DNA from: Octopus bimaculoides
Lineage: Eukaryota
Length of the DNA stretch: 64,000 nucleotides
Assembly: GCF_001194135.2 (NCBI RefSeq)
Contig: NC_068985.1
Span: 12,253,047-12,317,046 of the forward strand
Direction of reading: 5' to 3'
Positions 49,566-64,000 of this stretch are shown here, piece by piece; the first letter of the stretch is position 1; each line of letters begins with the position of its first letter. The position numbers and the translations under genes were made by a program. Under the pieces are notes generated by a model. The model did not search any database and had not been told where the DNA came from. It saw only the letters and a program-made list of their open reading frames with translations.

Positions 49566-51125
49566 TTCTATCATGTATTTATGTATGTACGTGTATGACA
49601 GGCTTTACACTAAGCGAGAATGTATTCTCCGGTGTAACTACAGTGAATTTGCCTGTTGGAGTTAAAATACCTTGCAAACATATTTCAACTGTCCTGAAGT
49701 TCGATTATGCCTAAAGACTACTTAGTGTAGACATTGGACATTACCGTATTTCTTCCGATCTGGCGGTTGCATACGTTCTTTAGGGGTGTTTTGTTGGTTG
49801 TGTTTCTGTGAAAGCTACGGCTTTAAAACGCCTTGAGTTACCTCTATTCGTTATTTGCCATTGGTATCCGTTAAAGTGCTAGAAACGATGCTTCGTGTGA
49901 TCAAACATGGGCAACACTGCGAAGATATGGTGCTTTTACACTTTTTACAATATGAGAGAATTGTTTTCTCCTCCGTAACTGCAGTGAACTTCGCTTCAGA
50001 ATTTGAAATGTGTCAGAAACATATTTGAATTTAACTAATATTCGCATATATATATCGGACTTAAATAAGTAATACTATTTTACTTATATATGTTTATATA
50101 TAAAAACATATATAGACATACATACATACATACATGCATACATACATATGGAGTAGATAGAGGAGGAGTAATGGAAGGGGGTGGGCAAACGTTGTATGAT
50201 TTCAATGAGGGTGGAATGTAGCTCAGTGCTGACTAATGTTTTAACAGTTTGTTAAAATGTAGAGAATTAGTGAAGCTGAGAAACAGTGGAGGTCTGACGC
50301 CTGAAATACAAAAATAAAGGTTAGGTAGGTTGTAATGATACAAAAATGAATATACGCCTATTTTCTATTAAATATTTTTACATTAGAAATTTTACATTAA
50401 CTGAAAGGATTACGACTACCTATTTTGTCTTCATAAAAGGATAATAATGTCCAATTTGAGAATTTCCCTGATCAAATAACAAAAGACAACCACTAAATGC
50501 ATGTAATGTTATATGAGCCAGTCTTGAGATAGAGTTTTACGTCATACCAACTGGAATAATATTGAGTTAAATATTGCTAATAGAAGATAGCTGCACACGT
50601 ACAATTTCTTTGGTGAATAAGCTTGCTTAATTAAAGTGAATATTTATTAGCATGCATTATTTAATGAAAAACAAAACATGCGGTGCACGAAAATGTACAT
50701 ACATGGATAAACAATTATATATATATATATATAGGTAAGCAGAGTTAGCGGTTGTAATAATGGTATCCGTTCTTACTATCGGTATGAATTACCTATGCAG
50801 GAAGATAATATGTTTTTTTGTTTTTTGTTTTTTTTTACCTTCTGGCCGCATCGCGAGGCCCTGATCTTCCGTCTTCCCTCGTCTCTTCGTCTATTTTACT
50901 CTATTCTGTGTAGATGGCCGAATGTTATTTTCGGAATTCGTTTTGTAAGCACCGACTGACATTGGAGACGGAAATGGCCCTAAGAAATGTTATGTTATAG
51001 TTTGTATTAAAAAAAAATCAACCGATGTTGGTCAATTTGTTTTGTTTGTTGATCAAAAGTTTTCTCCATTTTCTGATTATTTAAATCTTATATATATACA
51101 TATATATATATATAAATCTTATATA

Positions 51126-51181
<56 letters not shown>

Positions 51182-51209
51182 TCTAAAATTATGGATCCCA
51201 ACGGATTAT

Positions 51210-51550
51210 CGAAGACATATATGTGAATGACGGACAACTCGTTTAAGGGAAGATACACGCACCATCTGGCATTATTTAAGGACACAAAGGAAAAAGAAAA
51301 CATGTGACATCCCTATCCAATACGATATGGACATTGAAAGAAGGGTGAGTAAACAAACCACAAATAACGCAGAGTATTATTGCTAAAGCCAGAAAATATA
51401 CAGGGCTTGAGGTACCAAATTTGAGCTTTGTATTATTGAAAAATCAATACATAATCCAGTCAAAAGATAAAATCCTAAACATTAGTGATGAAACCTCTCC
51501 CTGCATACACAAGCAACATTTTACAATCCGGCATTTTCAAAGAGGAAACA
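51210..51550 (+). mobile_element. Decayed 3' end of a second, different Penelope-like element (GIY-YIG C-terminus)
   Basis: MTDNSFKGRYTHHLALFK (cf. YIG.TE..FK.RY.NH..SF), TSLSNTIWTLKE, SIIAKARKY, KNQYII..ILN..E..PCIHKQHF (cf. EK..I..LN.R.E..CRHK.KF). Confidence 0.75.
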
Positions 51551-52086
51551 CCACCCACATCGCCGATACCACGAGGTGCGTTTATTTCTCTGAACGTGGA
51601 CGTTGAATATATACAACATACAAAACTCCACACAAATAAGATACCCCGCCCCCAATGAGGAGGTCTCTCAATACACAGACATACGAAAATTACGCAGACG
51701 CAGATTATAATTTAATATAATAAAAAGAAATTGATCATCCAGCACAAATTTTCCCCTAAAAGTAACACCAAGGCGGTTAATCACTCAATATGTTTCATCT
51801 ATGAGTAGCGCCCCTTCATTTCGAGTTTTCATTTCGAGACATTTATGTAAATAGCCGAGAACTTTCGTGATTTCCTCCAAAATGGTGATGAACATCACTC
51901 CTCCATGTGATCTGCTTGAAAAATCAATATATTAAGATATTGCCTTAACACGAAACCAATGGTAGCTTTAATGCACAAATAAAGAAATTGAAGCCATCAC
52001 TCACTCTCATTACATGACATTTACGTATGTACACACATACACACACACACACACGCGCGTAGACATAAAATTTATGCATACATATA

Positions 52087-52189
52087 TATCGGTTCTTTTG
52101 ACGAAACGCTAAGTTACGGGGACGTAAACACACCCAGCATCGGTTGTCAAGCGATGTTGGGAGGACAAACACAGGCACACAAACACACA

Positions 52190-52262
<73 letters not shown>

Positions 52263-52418
52263 GATGGGCTTCTTTCAGTTTCCGTCTACCAAATCCACTC
52301 ACAAGGCTTTGGTCGGCCCCCGGCTATAGTAGAAGTCACCTGTCCAAAATGCCACGTATTGGGAATGAACCCGGAATCATGCGGTTGGTAAGCAAGTTAC
52401 TTACCACAGAGTCATTCC
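52087..52418 (-). mobile_element. SINE family A, 3'-truncated, with gap-free internal (TA)n(TG)n
   Basis: Head to mid-body aligns with 13077-13457. The internal microsatellite is fully sequenced here. Confidence 0.85.
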
Positions 52419-55400
52419 TGTGCCTCTTCATGAATATAATGATAGAGGACAGAAAGATAAACAAATTTTGAAAGATATAAATAAAAACCTTTAAGGTGGT
52501 TGAATAATTTCGCCTTATATAGAAAGTACAAGGTAATTGATTCATAGAAAATGTTAACAAATAATGTAACAACAGTAAATAGTAACGATAAAAGTTATAA
52601 ATATTATTCCATTAACTTGAACCAGTAAATAATTATATAGGAAGATGAATAATTATTAGGGAAAACGATAAGATAGGAATACGCTAATAATTGGATAAAC
52701 AAATTAATGAAAATTAATGAATAATTAATGAATCGCAGTTCTAAGAGCAGTTACTACTAAAATAAAGGGTAAAATTGTTAAAGCACAATATGTATGTAAG
52801 TGGCAATAAGTATGTAAATAATTATAGTAACCGTAAGAAATCAGGTGTAGCTCAATGAAATACACATGGACTTTTGTGATATATAACGCTTATGATATAT
52901 TCAATTTATAGAAACCTCAAAATTTCTTTTTTTTTTAAATTTGTTGGGACTAACGGATTAATAAGTATGTTTCATAATTAGCCGAGATTGGCATCTAATA
53001 ATTTTAAGTTTCTCCATGCGACATAACGTACAACTGCATTTATACGAATCTGATATCTATATAGTTGACTTCAGATAGACTATGTAATTAAACCCATCAC
53101 TGATATTGACGTGAGTTTCCAAGATATTTTGCTTTACTGTAATATCGAACTAATTTTAACGAAATAAAAATTATTTGAATAATCAGGAAATTCTTTACGG
53201 TTCACTCTGTTAACATTGTGTACAGAAGATTAATGCGAATGTATAAAACAACGTTGGAGGAACAATTCTTCTACACACATGTGCTATTTCAATGACATAT
53301 TTCAGTTAAGAAATGTTGTACACAATTTTCCATTACATTCGGCAACGCACACACACACGCACACGCACGCACACACGCACGCACACACACACACACACAC
53401 ACGCACACACACACATACACAGAAACTAACACACGCACACACACATATATATGAATATATATATANNNNNNNNNNNNNNNNNNNNNNNNNNNNNNNNNNN
53501 NNNNNNNNNNNNNNNNNNNNNNNNNNNNNNNNNNNNNNNNNNNNNNNNNNNNNNNNNNNNNNNNNNNNNNNNNNNNNNNNNNNNNNNNNNNNNNNNNNNN
53601 NNNNNNNNNNNNNNNNNNNNNNNNNNNNNNNNNNNNNNNNNNNNNNNNNNNNNNNNNNNNNNNNNNNNNNNNNNNNNNNNNNNNNNNNNNNNNNNNNNNN
53701 NNNNNNNNNNNNNNNNNNNNNNNNNNNNNNNNNNNNNNNNNNNNNNNNNNNNNNNNNNNNNNNNNNNNNNNNNNNNNNNNNNNNNNNNNNNNNNNNNNNN
53801 NNNNNNNNNNNNNNNNNNNNNNNNNNNNNNNNNNNNNNNNNNNNNNNNNNNNNNNNNNNNNNNNNNNNNNNNNNNNNNNNNNNNNNNNNNNNNNNNNNNN
53901 NNNNNNNNNNNNNNNNNNNNNNNNNNNNNNNNNNNNNNNNNNNNNNNNNNNNNNNNNNNNNNNNNNNNNNNNNNNNNNNNNNNNNNNNNNNNNNNNNNNN
54001 NNNNNNNNNNNNNNNNNNNNNNNNNNNNNNNNNNNNNNNNNNNNNNNNNNNNNNNNNNNNNNNNNNNNNNNNNNNNNNNNNNNNNNNNNNNNNNNNNNNN
54101 NNNNNNNNNNNNNNNNNNNNNNNNNNNNNNNNNNNNNNNNNNNNNNNNNNNNNNNNNNNNNNNNNNNNNNNNNNNNNNNNNNNNNNNNNNNNNNNNNNNN
54201 NNNNNNNNNNNNNNNNNNNNNNNNNNNNNNNNNNNNNNNNNNNNNNNNNNNNNNNNTATATATATATATATATATATATCCCTTCCTGCGAAGCAGATTT
54301 TTGCTTCTACGAACTTCCACTGCTGTAACTTTTTTTATTTTACAGAAGACATTCTAAGCATGTGTAGTACTGATGCGTATCGATATCGTAGGCTTACAAG
54401 TGCTTCTCATATTTATATACGTATATTCATTTGTATATGTGTATACAATATATACACACATATTTATGTTTGTATACAGATGCATACATATACAGCCATG
54501 CATGGATATGTGTCCATGTGTCATCTTTTTTATTTGTGTATTTGTATAGGGATCTGTATTGAAGGGAGTGAATATCTGTGCAAAGATTTTGAAACACAAA
54601 TATCTTTTACATGTTTTGGCTCTACATGAATAGTTTATATCGCTTTCTGTCTTGCATTCGCACCTACAGCCGTAAAATAATCGTGGGCCCAGTTCAAGAA
54701 CATAGCTGAAGTTACATGGCCACAGATTCACAAATATGGAACGGTTTGAAATCAAAATGCTGCGCTACAAGTTTTCTTCAAAAATATGTTTTCCATTTCT
54801 GCAAACATTTTGAATATATCAGCGTTTCTGTTGACTTCTATGAAAGGTGATAAATAGATGAATATCTCAACCATTAGGAAGTTCGATAAACGCATAGCAA
54901 AAGTAATCGATAAAAACTTTTCAAAATTAAAACGAATGTGAGAGTAATTGTCAATGACCTAGTAAATCAACAAATTACGAGAACTGTACTGCTTCACGCC
55001 TCTGACATATATGTCGTCTCTCAGTAGGATTTGTTTTCCTCTCTTCATTACTTGATCCAATATATTATGTATTACAATACTCCACCGCCATCAGATCAGG
55101 ATGTGTAGCTTTTAAGTGCTTGTGACATTTGCTTACAGATGTCCCCGAACATTTCTATGTTAGACACGTACATACAAATGTGCTGTATATTTGACTGGCA
55201 TTTTTCCATTCATTTGTCATATATAAATGTATTTAGTTATACTTGTTGACACACACGCATGTATCTCTTCCTCTCTCCATGCATATATATATATATATAT
55301 ATANNNNNNNNNNNNNNNNNNNNNNNNNNNNNNNNNNNNNNNNNNNNNNNNNNNNNNNNNNNNNNNNNNNNNNNNNNNNNNNNNNNNNNNGTGTGTGTGT

Positions 55401-58400
55401 GCGTATGTGTGTGTGTGCGTGTGTGCGTGTGTGTGTGCGTGTGTGCGTGTGTGTGTGTGTATATAGAGATAGATAGATAGATAGATAGATTGATATTTAT
55501 ACGCATATGCATGCATTTCTGTATGTATAAGACTTCCACCATTAACATTACCAATAACAATACAATCACCACTATAGCTTGTATGAATGCGACTAGCTGT
55601 AAAACCACATCTATAAAAACAAATGTAAACTGTATGCGGTAGGGCTAATTCCTAGAAATAGTAGGCACGTCACCTTCAAATCCAACCGGCAGTTTTAAAA
55701 TAAAACGTATATATTAGAATGTAGGCGCAAATAAACGAGCTAGTGAAATGATCATGCACGTAAATATTTCTATGTTACACCTGTTGTCATATGTAAATTC
55801 AGGGTATTATTTTTTTACAATATTTCCGGAGCAAACAGTGTAACTTCGTTTAATTTGGGAACATGATGAACATTCTTTCTTCTTTTTTGTTAACATTTAG
55901 TATAAACGTGTTAAACACACAAAAAATTACGTTCGCCTAATTATACAAAATAAATTGCTTAAGAGTTGGAATGATGATACTATTTGAGGGACAGTTCTGC
56001 AGGTAATATTTCTAAACTGATTATTCTTCAAGTAATGGAGATTTCCTTATTCTGCTGCAAATAGTTTAATCTATGAAAATAAATGCTACCGCTATGCTAC
56101 TTCAGATGAAATACATATGTATAGGAGACCCCTATTTCGCAACGTTTGTTGTGAACGTAAAAGTAAAAGTCTGAGACAAGGACAAATCATTTTATAAGTA
56201 AGTGTATGTATGATTATTTTGTTTCCTCTTCACACAATTTAGCTCTACAGAATATTTTGATATGCTCTAGGAGGAAATCATTCGGTCTAAAATTCGACAT
56301 TTATCTGCATCGGTATACGCATACTTCGACTAGTTTTAAGACGGGGAAATTGTTAATGAGGTGAATCCTTTTTCTTCTCCCCGAATAGCGTTGTCCCATA
56401 AAAGGCCACCGCAGTATCATATATGCAGCAAGGTATGATGGCAGGCTTCGTTGTTAGAAGAAGTATGGCCCTACAGATGCAATACATTATCCTGTCTGGT
56501 GTTAAACATCCACACCACTTTAGATATTTACTAATTTGACACTGAAAGGAATGAAATAAAATTAAGAAACGGAGGATTTCAACTCACGATGCATCTCTAT
56601 ATATAATCATCTATCATTAACATTGCGTATTACATATTTGTAGAACCAGTTTCGTGGACATAATTTTCCATTTGCGTTTAGACACCCGCGGTATTTAATA
56701 TTCCGCTAACAGGTTTCCACCAGTCACGAATAATATAAATCTTATCAAATCTTTTGACTGATATGTATCAATGTATTAAATGACGTTTGTCTGCAGATAC
56801 ATACATTTGCAAAATATATATTGTAATGTAACGTCGTAAAGGATTCCACCCTGATAAAACTCATGCTTCATATTGTTTACTTAATTATATTCTCTTTCTG
56901 CTTTGAAATTTGTTGTACTCATTTTCATGTTTTTGTACCTTGATATTATTTAATACGTAGAGAACATTACTTTATCTTCATTTTCTTCTTACACACACTG
57001 TTCGTATTTATACTTTCTTTTCATTTACATCAAAGATACACCACATTTATACTTTATGTGCTCGCAAACGTACATAAGGGTCGTATTTTTTTTCAACAAT
57101 TTGAATTAATCTATCATGTGACCATTAGTATTCTTACGTTCACAAATGCAGTAACGCTGATGTTTGTAGTTTAGTGGTTTCGTTGTTAAGAAAGTGGTCA
57201 TAGCATCAGTTGCTCGAAAAATCATTTAACGTGCTTTTTTCAATGTGTATCCTCATGGGGAAATAACTCTATGTAATTTTTTTTCTAAAGTTAATGAAAA
57301 ATATTCTATTAACATTTCTCTATATTCCTCGTAACGAAATGTATAATTGTTTTTTTTTCTTAATAAAATGTCTCCTTTTACAAATATGCTTATGAATGTA
57401 CAAGTATCTCCTCTTCTAAGCTTATGTGACAACTAAAAATACATAACGAATAATTACGTAATAACAAAAGTGCAGAACGAATTTAGGTGAAATGAAGTTC
57501 CCGCTTTTTTCTCAATACCATATTATATGATTGATCAATCTCGAGAAAGAATTTAATTACAGAGTTATGTATTGTGTAGATAAATGGCATCAGTTGAAGG
57601 AGATGAAATATAGTTCTTATGCTATCGTGAAGCGGTATTTGATCGTCCTCGATAGAAGTATAGAATATGAAGGCAATCAAAAGAAAGATTAAGATGCCAT
57701 ACATTTCTTAGCTTCCATAGAATATTTTTTTTAACTGTGGACATAACCACATCAAGGATAAGAAAGATGCGAAGGAAGATGATTAATTACCAACCACGCA
57801 AAACGCTACCACCGCTCAAACAAAGCACAGTCCTGAAATAAACAAGAAATAATAATTATAATACTCACCACAAATTGGATGTAGGCGAATATAGTTTATG
57901 AAAATAGGTGAAAACAGACTTAAAGACACTGGAACCAAAGAGAACTTTGTTAGCAAAAATGTTAGAACACAAATCCAGAAATGGCGATGCATTACTAGCC
58001 GAATCAACCAAACACTAATCTGCTCTAAATACAATACGAAATGTAATTCAAGAGTGTTTAAGTGGTTTCGGATTTCAAGTTTCGTGAGATAATCTACATG
58101 GGCATATGCTCTCAGTTACCTTCGGTCATAATGTCGAATCATCATCTAACTGATTATTGGTGGTATTGTATAGGATCCTGGTGTCCCACACTCATATGCA
58201 CACGCAACGATGCACCTATAGATACAATCACAAAGACGTGCATCCACACCTACACACACCACGCCACACACACACATACAGGTGTAGTCATACATAGGTA
58301 TATATATATATATATACACACACACATATATTTATATATATATATNNNNNNNNNNNNNNNNNNNNNNNNNNNNNNNNNNNNNNNNNNNNNNNNNNNNNNN

Positions 58401-58730
58401 NNNNNNNNNNNNNNNNNNNNNNNNNNNNNNNNNNNNNNNNNNNNNNNNNNNNNNNNNNNNNNNNNNNNNNNNNNNNNNNNNNNNNNNNNNNNNNNNNNNN
58501 NNNNNNNNNNNNNNNNNNNNNNNNNNNNNNNNNNNNNNNNNNNNNNNNNNNNNNNNNNNNNNNNNNNNNNNNNNNNNNNNNNNNNNNNNNNNNNNNNNNN
58601 NNNNNNNNNNNNNNNNNNNNNNNNNNNNNNNNNNNNNNNNNNNNNNNNNNNNNNNNNNNNNNAGGCAATCAGTTTATCTCTTTTGAGGGAAGTGTACAGT
58701 ATTAGTGGATTAAAAGTTAAAAGGTTACAT

Positions 58731-58761
<31 letters not shown>

Positions 58762-59436
58762 GGTATTATGTATAAATTTAAGTATGTATGCGTGTGTGAC
58801 CTTAAAACAGGAATTGTTCGAAACGAAACACAATGCAAATTGATATATGAGGATGAAAACATTGATAATGGAAATGTAAGAAAAGTTTTCACTTAACCTT
58901 ATATTTCGAGCTTAATAATCCAGCTCCAAAAGAAAGTCAACTCTGGTATAGCGCTGTTATTATTTGCTCGAATGTAAGTGTTGCTGTGAGAATTATGTCA
59001 TTTTCATATAGATATAGTTTCTCGTTGATCGGTGGCTGATATCAAATATGATTTACGAGGTCTCCTTTAATCCTCAAAATTGTCGATATTACATTAGGGT
59101 GTATAGAACAACGGGTTTGAATATGACATTTTACTAAATGCATTTTTAATGGTATAGTTGCTTCTGTTCCTTTGTGCTCATATGGATATTTAGGCATTTA
59201 GGTTTTATACATACCTATGTGTATATGTAATATTTTCAACTCATTGGTGAATGTAAATTAGTGTGTTGATGTGTTGAGTAACACACTGGTACAGTTTGGG
59301 TTATCAGGTATCATCCGCAGTTGGGGTATATTTCCGTTACGCACACAGATATTAAGAAACTCATCCTAAATAGAGAATTATATCAAATCCATTATTTGTT
59401 TCCTTAATCAGTTTCATATATATATATATATATATA

Positions 59437-59790
59437 GTGAAGAATTCACAAAAAAAAACGCAAAAGACGAAGACAGGTAGTATAGACAACAAACAAATGT
59501 ATTAGTTTAACTCTCAGGAAAAGTCTTTAATGTTTCGAGCCTACGCTCTTCCACAGAAAGGGACACAGATAGAAATTAGAAGACAAAATAAAGAATGTGG
59601 TGTGGCGAGCGATCTATAATGGCGAATGCAGGACGAGGAGTCACACAGGAGAGCTAGGAAGAAGGGGACGTAATAAAGTTGTGATGATCCCAAAAGGAAG
59701 GTGCGGGTGCGTGTGTATAAAAGAGTATATATGTGCGTGTTGAAGAGGGCTGGTGACCTTGACGTGTGCTGTAAGAATTTCGATTAAGTC
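59437..59790 (-). repeat. Family P copy 5 (long form)
   Basis: Colinear with 17815-18163. Minus strand motif CTTT CTGTGGA A GAGC GTAG GCTC GAAA CA T T AAAG at 59524-59560. Confidence 0.75.
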
Positions 59791-59801
59791 AACGCGTTGA
59801 G

Positions 59802-59843
<42 letters not shown>

Positions 59844-61227
59844 NNNNNNNNNNNNNNNNNNNNNNNNNNNNNNNNNNNNNNNNNNNNNNNNNNNNNNNNN
59901 NNNNNNNNNNNNNNNNNNNNNNNNNNNNNNNNNNNNNNNNNNNNNNNNNNNNNNNNNNNNNNNNNNNNNNNNNNNNNNNNNNNNNNNNNNNNNNNNNNNN
60001 NNNNNNNNNNNNNNNNNNNNNNNNNNNNNNNNNNNNNNNNNNNNNNNNNNNNNNNNNNNNNNNNNNNNNNNNNNNNNNNNNNNNNNNNNNNNNNNNNNNN
60101 NNNNNNNNNNNNNNNNNNNNNNNNNNNNNNNNNNNNNNNNNNNNNNNNNNNNNNNNNNNNNNNNNNNNNNNNNNNNNNNNNNNNNNNNNNNNNNNNNNNN
60201 NNNNNNNNNNNNNNNNNNNNNNNNNNNNNNNNNNNNNNNNNNNNNNNNNNNNNNNNNNNNNNNNNNNNNNNTATACTTGTGATATTATGTACTGACAAAG
60301 GAAATAAAAATATTTATTTAGCACTTCGAAAGTTGAAGAAGAGATGGTGAAAGAAAGAAAGAAAGAAAAAAGTAGAAAAAGAAAGGCGTGGTTTCGCTAA
60401 GTGCAAAGGTGAGTCGAATTAATGATCTTTAAGGGCCTTCAGTCAGGTAGTAAATATTAGCAAGGAATGTGTGGTTATGTATGGAATCCAGAGAAAAACG
60501 ACTGAGGATTGGAATAAAAAGATTTATGATACTTAACTCTAAATAATTTTCAATAAAATACTTCTTTAGAATGTATGAAAGTTAGAATAAATTCATCTTA
60601 ACTTATATTCTTGTGAGAGAAAACGAAATTAGACTGACTTAAAGATCACTTAACGGAAAACAATTTTAACTCTTATTTTAGCTCAATTCTTCCAAGACGT
60701 GTTTGAGTTCCACTTTTGTAATATAATTGATTAATGAGAAACGAACATATACACAATCACTTTAAAATATCTTCATGCACTGGACACATTTGACATATGA
60801 TTTACACACATAGATCAATTAATGCTACCAAATAGATTCTCACAAAATCCACATCGTCTTCCTATGCGAGTGTGTGTGTATGTGTCTGTGTGCATGTGTG
60901 TGTGGGTGTGGGGGGAAGTTTGTATGTGTGTACCTACATATAAGATATGTATCTCTGTTTGTAGTCAGTATGTTTTTTCACAACAAAAATGTACTTAAGT
61001 AGGGATATATAGAAATATAATAAGACATATTGTACTTTATTGCAGAATACATTTTAAAAAGATATTAACAATGAACGTTAAAACATTCGTTCATTCATTG
61101 ATTTGTTAACTTAATATGAAGAAGTTCAACTGGCTAAAAACAGAATCATTCACGTATATAAATTTAGCTGCATTATCAAAACCTTATCTATTCAGCATAT
61201 CTTCAGAGTTTAAATATATACGCATAA

Positions 61228-61258
<31 letters not shown>

Positions 61259-61895
61259 GGTTTGGTGGTAATATTTACTTCTGTATCCTGAATGGGAAAT
61301 ATATCGAAAGACAGTAATTCACTGTCTTCTAATGCACACTTTCATTACCAGTTCTTTGTCGCCAAAGTCAATATATATTCTGCACAAGCACTTTTGCATT
61401 CTTATCTGGTATCCTATTGTCGGTTTGATGTTTAATCTTATTTGTACTTCCTTTAAATATATCCTTGAAAACAATAAAAAAAGACATATAGTTTTAAAAT
61501 TGATAACATAAGCGAGAAAATAGTTGAAAATATTTATCACAAATGCAATTTTCTTTGGGCAATAAAATATGGTTCCACCTTAGAATGTGCTTACATAATG
61601 TCTGGCGATTAATGAAACGTGTGACAAAATTCAAAAACAAGTATTATGTTTTATGTTGAAGCTTACAAGTGAGATTCTAATGTAGCACAATTGTGTAATG
61701 TTTATAAATATATGTATATATGCAGGATAAAACAGATGAGATCTTGTGAAATAAATAAAATTTCAGTTAATTTACTACAATTTAATGAAATGAAAATCGA
61801 AAGTGTCAAATATTGAAGTGTTTAACGTACCAATGTATTATGAAATCGTACTAAAAATTACAGTTACAATGATAGGAACACACGTACATTTACGC

Positions 61896-62016
61896 AGTAC
61901 TTCTTCTATCGGTCAATTTTACCGCACCGCTAAGTTACAGGGACGTAAACACAACAGCATCGCTTGTGAAGCGATGTTGGGGGGGGCAAAACACAGACAC
62001 ACAAACATATACACAC

Positions 62017-62047
<31 letters not shown>

Positions 62048-62068
62048 CACCAACACACACATATATAT
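61896..62068 (-). mobile_element. SINE family A, mid-body fragment running into an N gap
   Basis: TCTATCGGT..CCGCTAAGTTACAGGGACGTAAACACAACAGCATCG..AAGCGATGTTGGGG followed by (CA)n(TA)n. Confidence 0.8.
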
Positions 62069-63700
62069 NNNNNNNNNNNNNNNNNNNNNNNNNNNNNNNN
62101 NNNNNNNNNNNNNNNNNNNNNNNNNNNNNNNNNNNNNNNNNNNNNNNNNNNNNNNNNNNNNNNNNNNNNNNNNNNNNNNNNNNNNNNNNNNNNNNNNNNN
62201 NNNNNNNNNNNNNNNNNNNNNNNNNNNNNNNNNNNNNNNNNNNNNNNNNNNNNNNNNNNNNNNNNNNNNNNNNNNNNNNNNNNNNNNNNNNNNNNNNNNN
62301 NNNNNNNNNNNNNNNNNNNNNNNNNNNNNNNNNNNNNNNNNNNNNNNNNNNNNNNNNNNNNNNNNNNNNNNNNNNNNNNNNNNNNNNNNNNNNNNNNNNN
62401 NNNNNNNNNNNNNNNNNNNNNNNNNNNNNNNNNNNNNNNNNNNNNNNNNNNNNNNNNNNNNNNNNNNNNNNNNNNNNNNNNNNNNNNNNNNNNNNNNNNN
62501 NNNNNNNNNNNNNNNNNNNNNNNNNNNNNNNNNNNNNNNNNNNNNNNNNNNNNNNNNNNNNNNNNNNNNNNNNNNNNNNNNNNNNNNNNNNNNNNNNNNN
62601 NNNNNNNAATAGAACGACCACCATCTACAATATAGAACAAATTACTTCATTTAAAAATGTAAATCGGAATGATTCGTAAAATATAGAAAAAACTGCAAAA
62701 AATACTTTAGTTAGGGATTTGCTGCATTATTTGGAATAAAATCCATTTATTTTATGATACAAAAAATAATCATTATGTTCACTCAAGCTGCGTACAATTC
62801 CAGTGAATACAACACCGATGCGGAGCCTATATTCATACAGATCAAAGAACAATTTATAATATATCCCCGCGTATTATATACCAGAATGATAGAGACTGTA
62901 GCCACCACTTACTATACCTTTGATTAATGAATACAAACCTGCAATATCCACGAGAATTAACAACTGTGATTTTTTTCTTTTTTTTTTGGTAACACTAAAA
63001 AAATGAGAATACTGGTTTCTGTGACAATATCAAAAGAAATATAAGAAAATACGTAAATACGTATTGGGAGTTATTGTTTGGTGACTGCAGTATCATGTTT
63101 TCAAAAATACCGAAAAACATCATTAAAACTCAAACTACACCAACAGACATGAATCGGATTTCTAAATATAAATTTACTGCAAATTTATTTATTTTCATTT
63201 CACAAGTTTGTGGACAATTTAGACATTAGAGTTTATATAGCTTTTTAGACTAACAAAATAGAGCTAGAAGTTTTTCAGTGCAATTCACCGGTTTCAAATA
63301 TATACATATACTTACACACACATACATACACACACGTACACACACATGGGCATATATATGTGCCCATGCTTGTACACATAGAAATATATGTATCTAACAA
63401 AATATATACAAGCATTGACGCCCTTAGAAACGAATGCATACACAAACACACACACATGTTCACGTACATTCATATACTCATACCAACCATTTTCCACTCA
63501 TGTACACACACTCATAGTTGGATAACTTCATATATTTGTGGATAACATAAATATTTAATGCTGCATCCAATATATTTCTAAATTATTCAGTCATTAAATT
63601 CTGTTATTTTATGATGTGATATATGTATATACATATATTTGTCAGTGAGAGTATGTATGCTTCTGTATATGTATGTGTGTGTGTATGTGTGTGTGTATGT

Positions 63701-63735
<35 letters not shown>

Positions 63736-64000
63736 CGCGTGTGTAGTATTAGTGTGTGTATGTTGTACTCAAATTCACGTACGAATACACATATGTATTG
63801 AATATTACAAATGTCTGTGTATACGTTCAAATAATTTCACATTATAACACTTGACTATTTCGAGCATTACACTCTAACGGCACATTCAGCTACATAAGAA
63901 AAATCCATTGCTTTTAAAACGATACTCTATCCGATCGCTGTGTATACCACGAAGTGTAATCGAGTCACTCGCAAACTGCTTTGCTATATATTTGTATGTA

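Noticed and set aside
49612-50026. Weak ~70-bp direct similarity between 49612 and 49952
   Set aside because: Too diverged and AT-rich to separate from background by eye.

Overview
AT-rich, repeat-dense animal genomic DNA from a gapped draft assembly. It is most likely an octopod cephalopod; this is inferred from tRNA-derived SINEs resembling the octopus OK/OR groups and a relic of a coleoid-type protocadherin, both recognised from memory and not searched. I found no intact host protein-coding gene. Nearly all ORF-track entries are artefacts of N runs or microsatellites. Mobile content: three abundant tRNA-derived SINE families; one full-length decayed mariner; two Tc1/pogo-type MITEs; a nearly intact 5'-truncated Penelope-like element (RT + GIY-YIG) and a second Penelope 3' fragment; five fragments of restriction-like-endonuclease (R4/Dong-type) LINEs; and an RTE-type LINE 3' end. 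Most interesting: (1) a heavily frameshifted protocadherin-like relic on the minus strand at ~43.2-44.3 kb; (2) a five-copy dispersed repeat carrying a minimal type-I hammerhead-like fold with a non-canonical core (CUGUNGA); (3) a 394-bp, ~95% perfect foldback; (4) two independent loci where one RLE-LINE family is stacked behind another through a (TAA)n run; (5) a 399-bp near-identical direct repeat 5.2 kb apart, and a 162-bp inverted paralog flanked by a perfect 32-bp duplication. All alignments and counts were done by eye.
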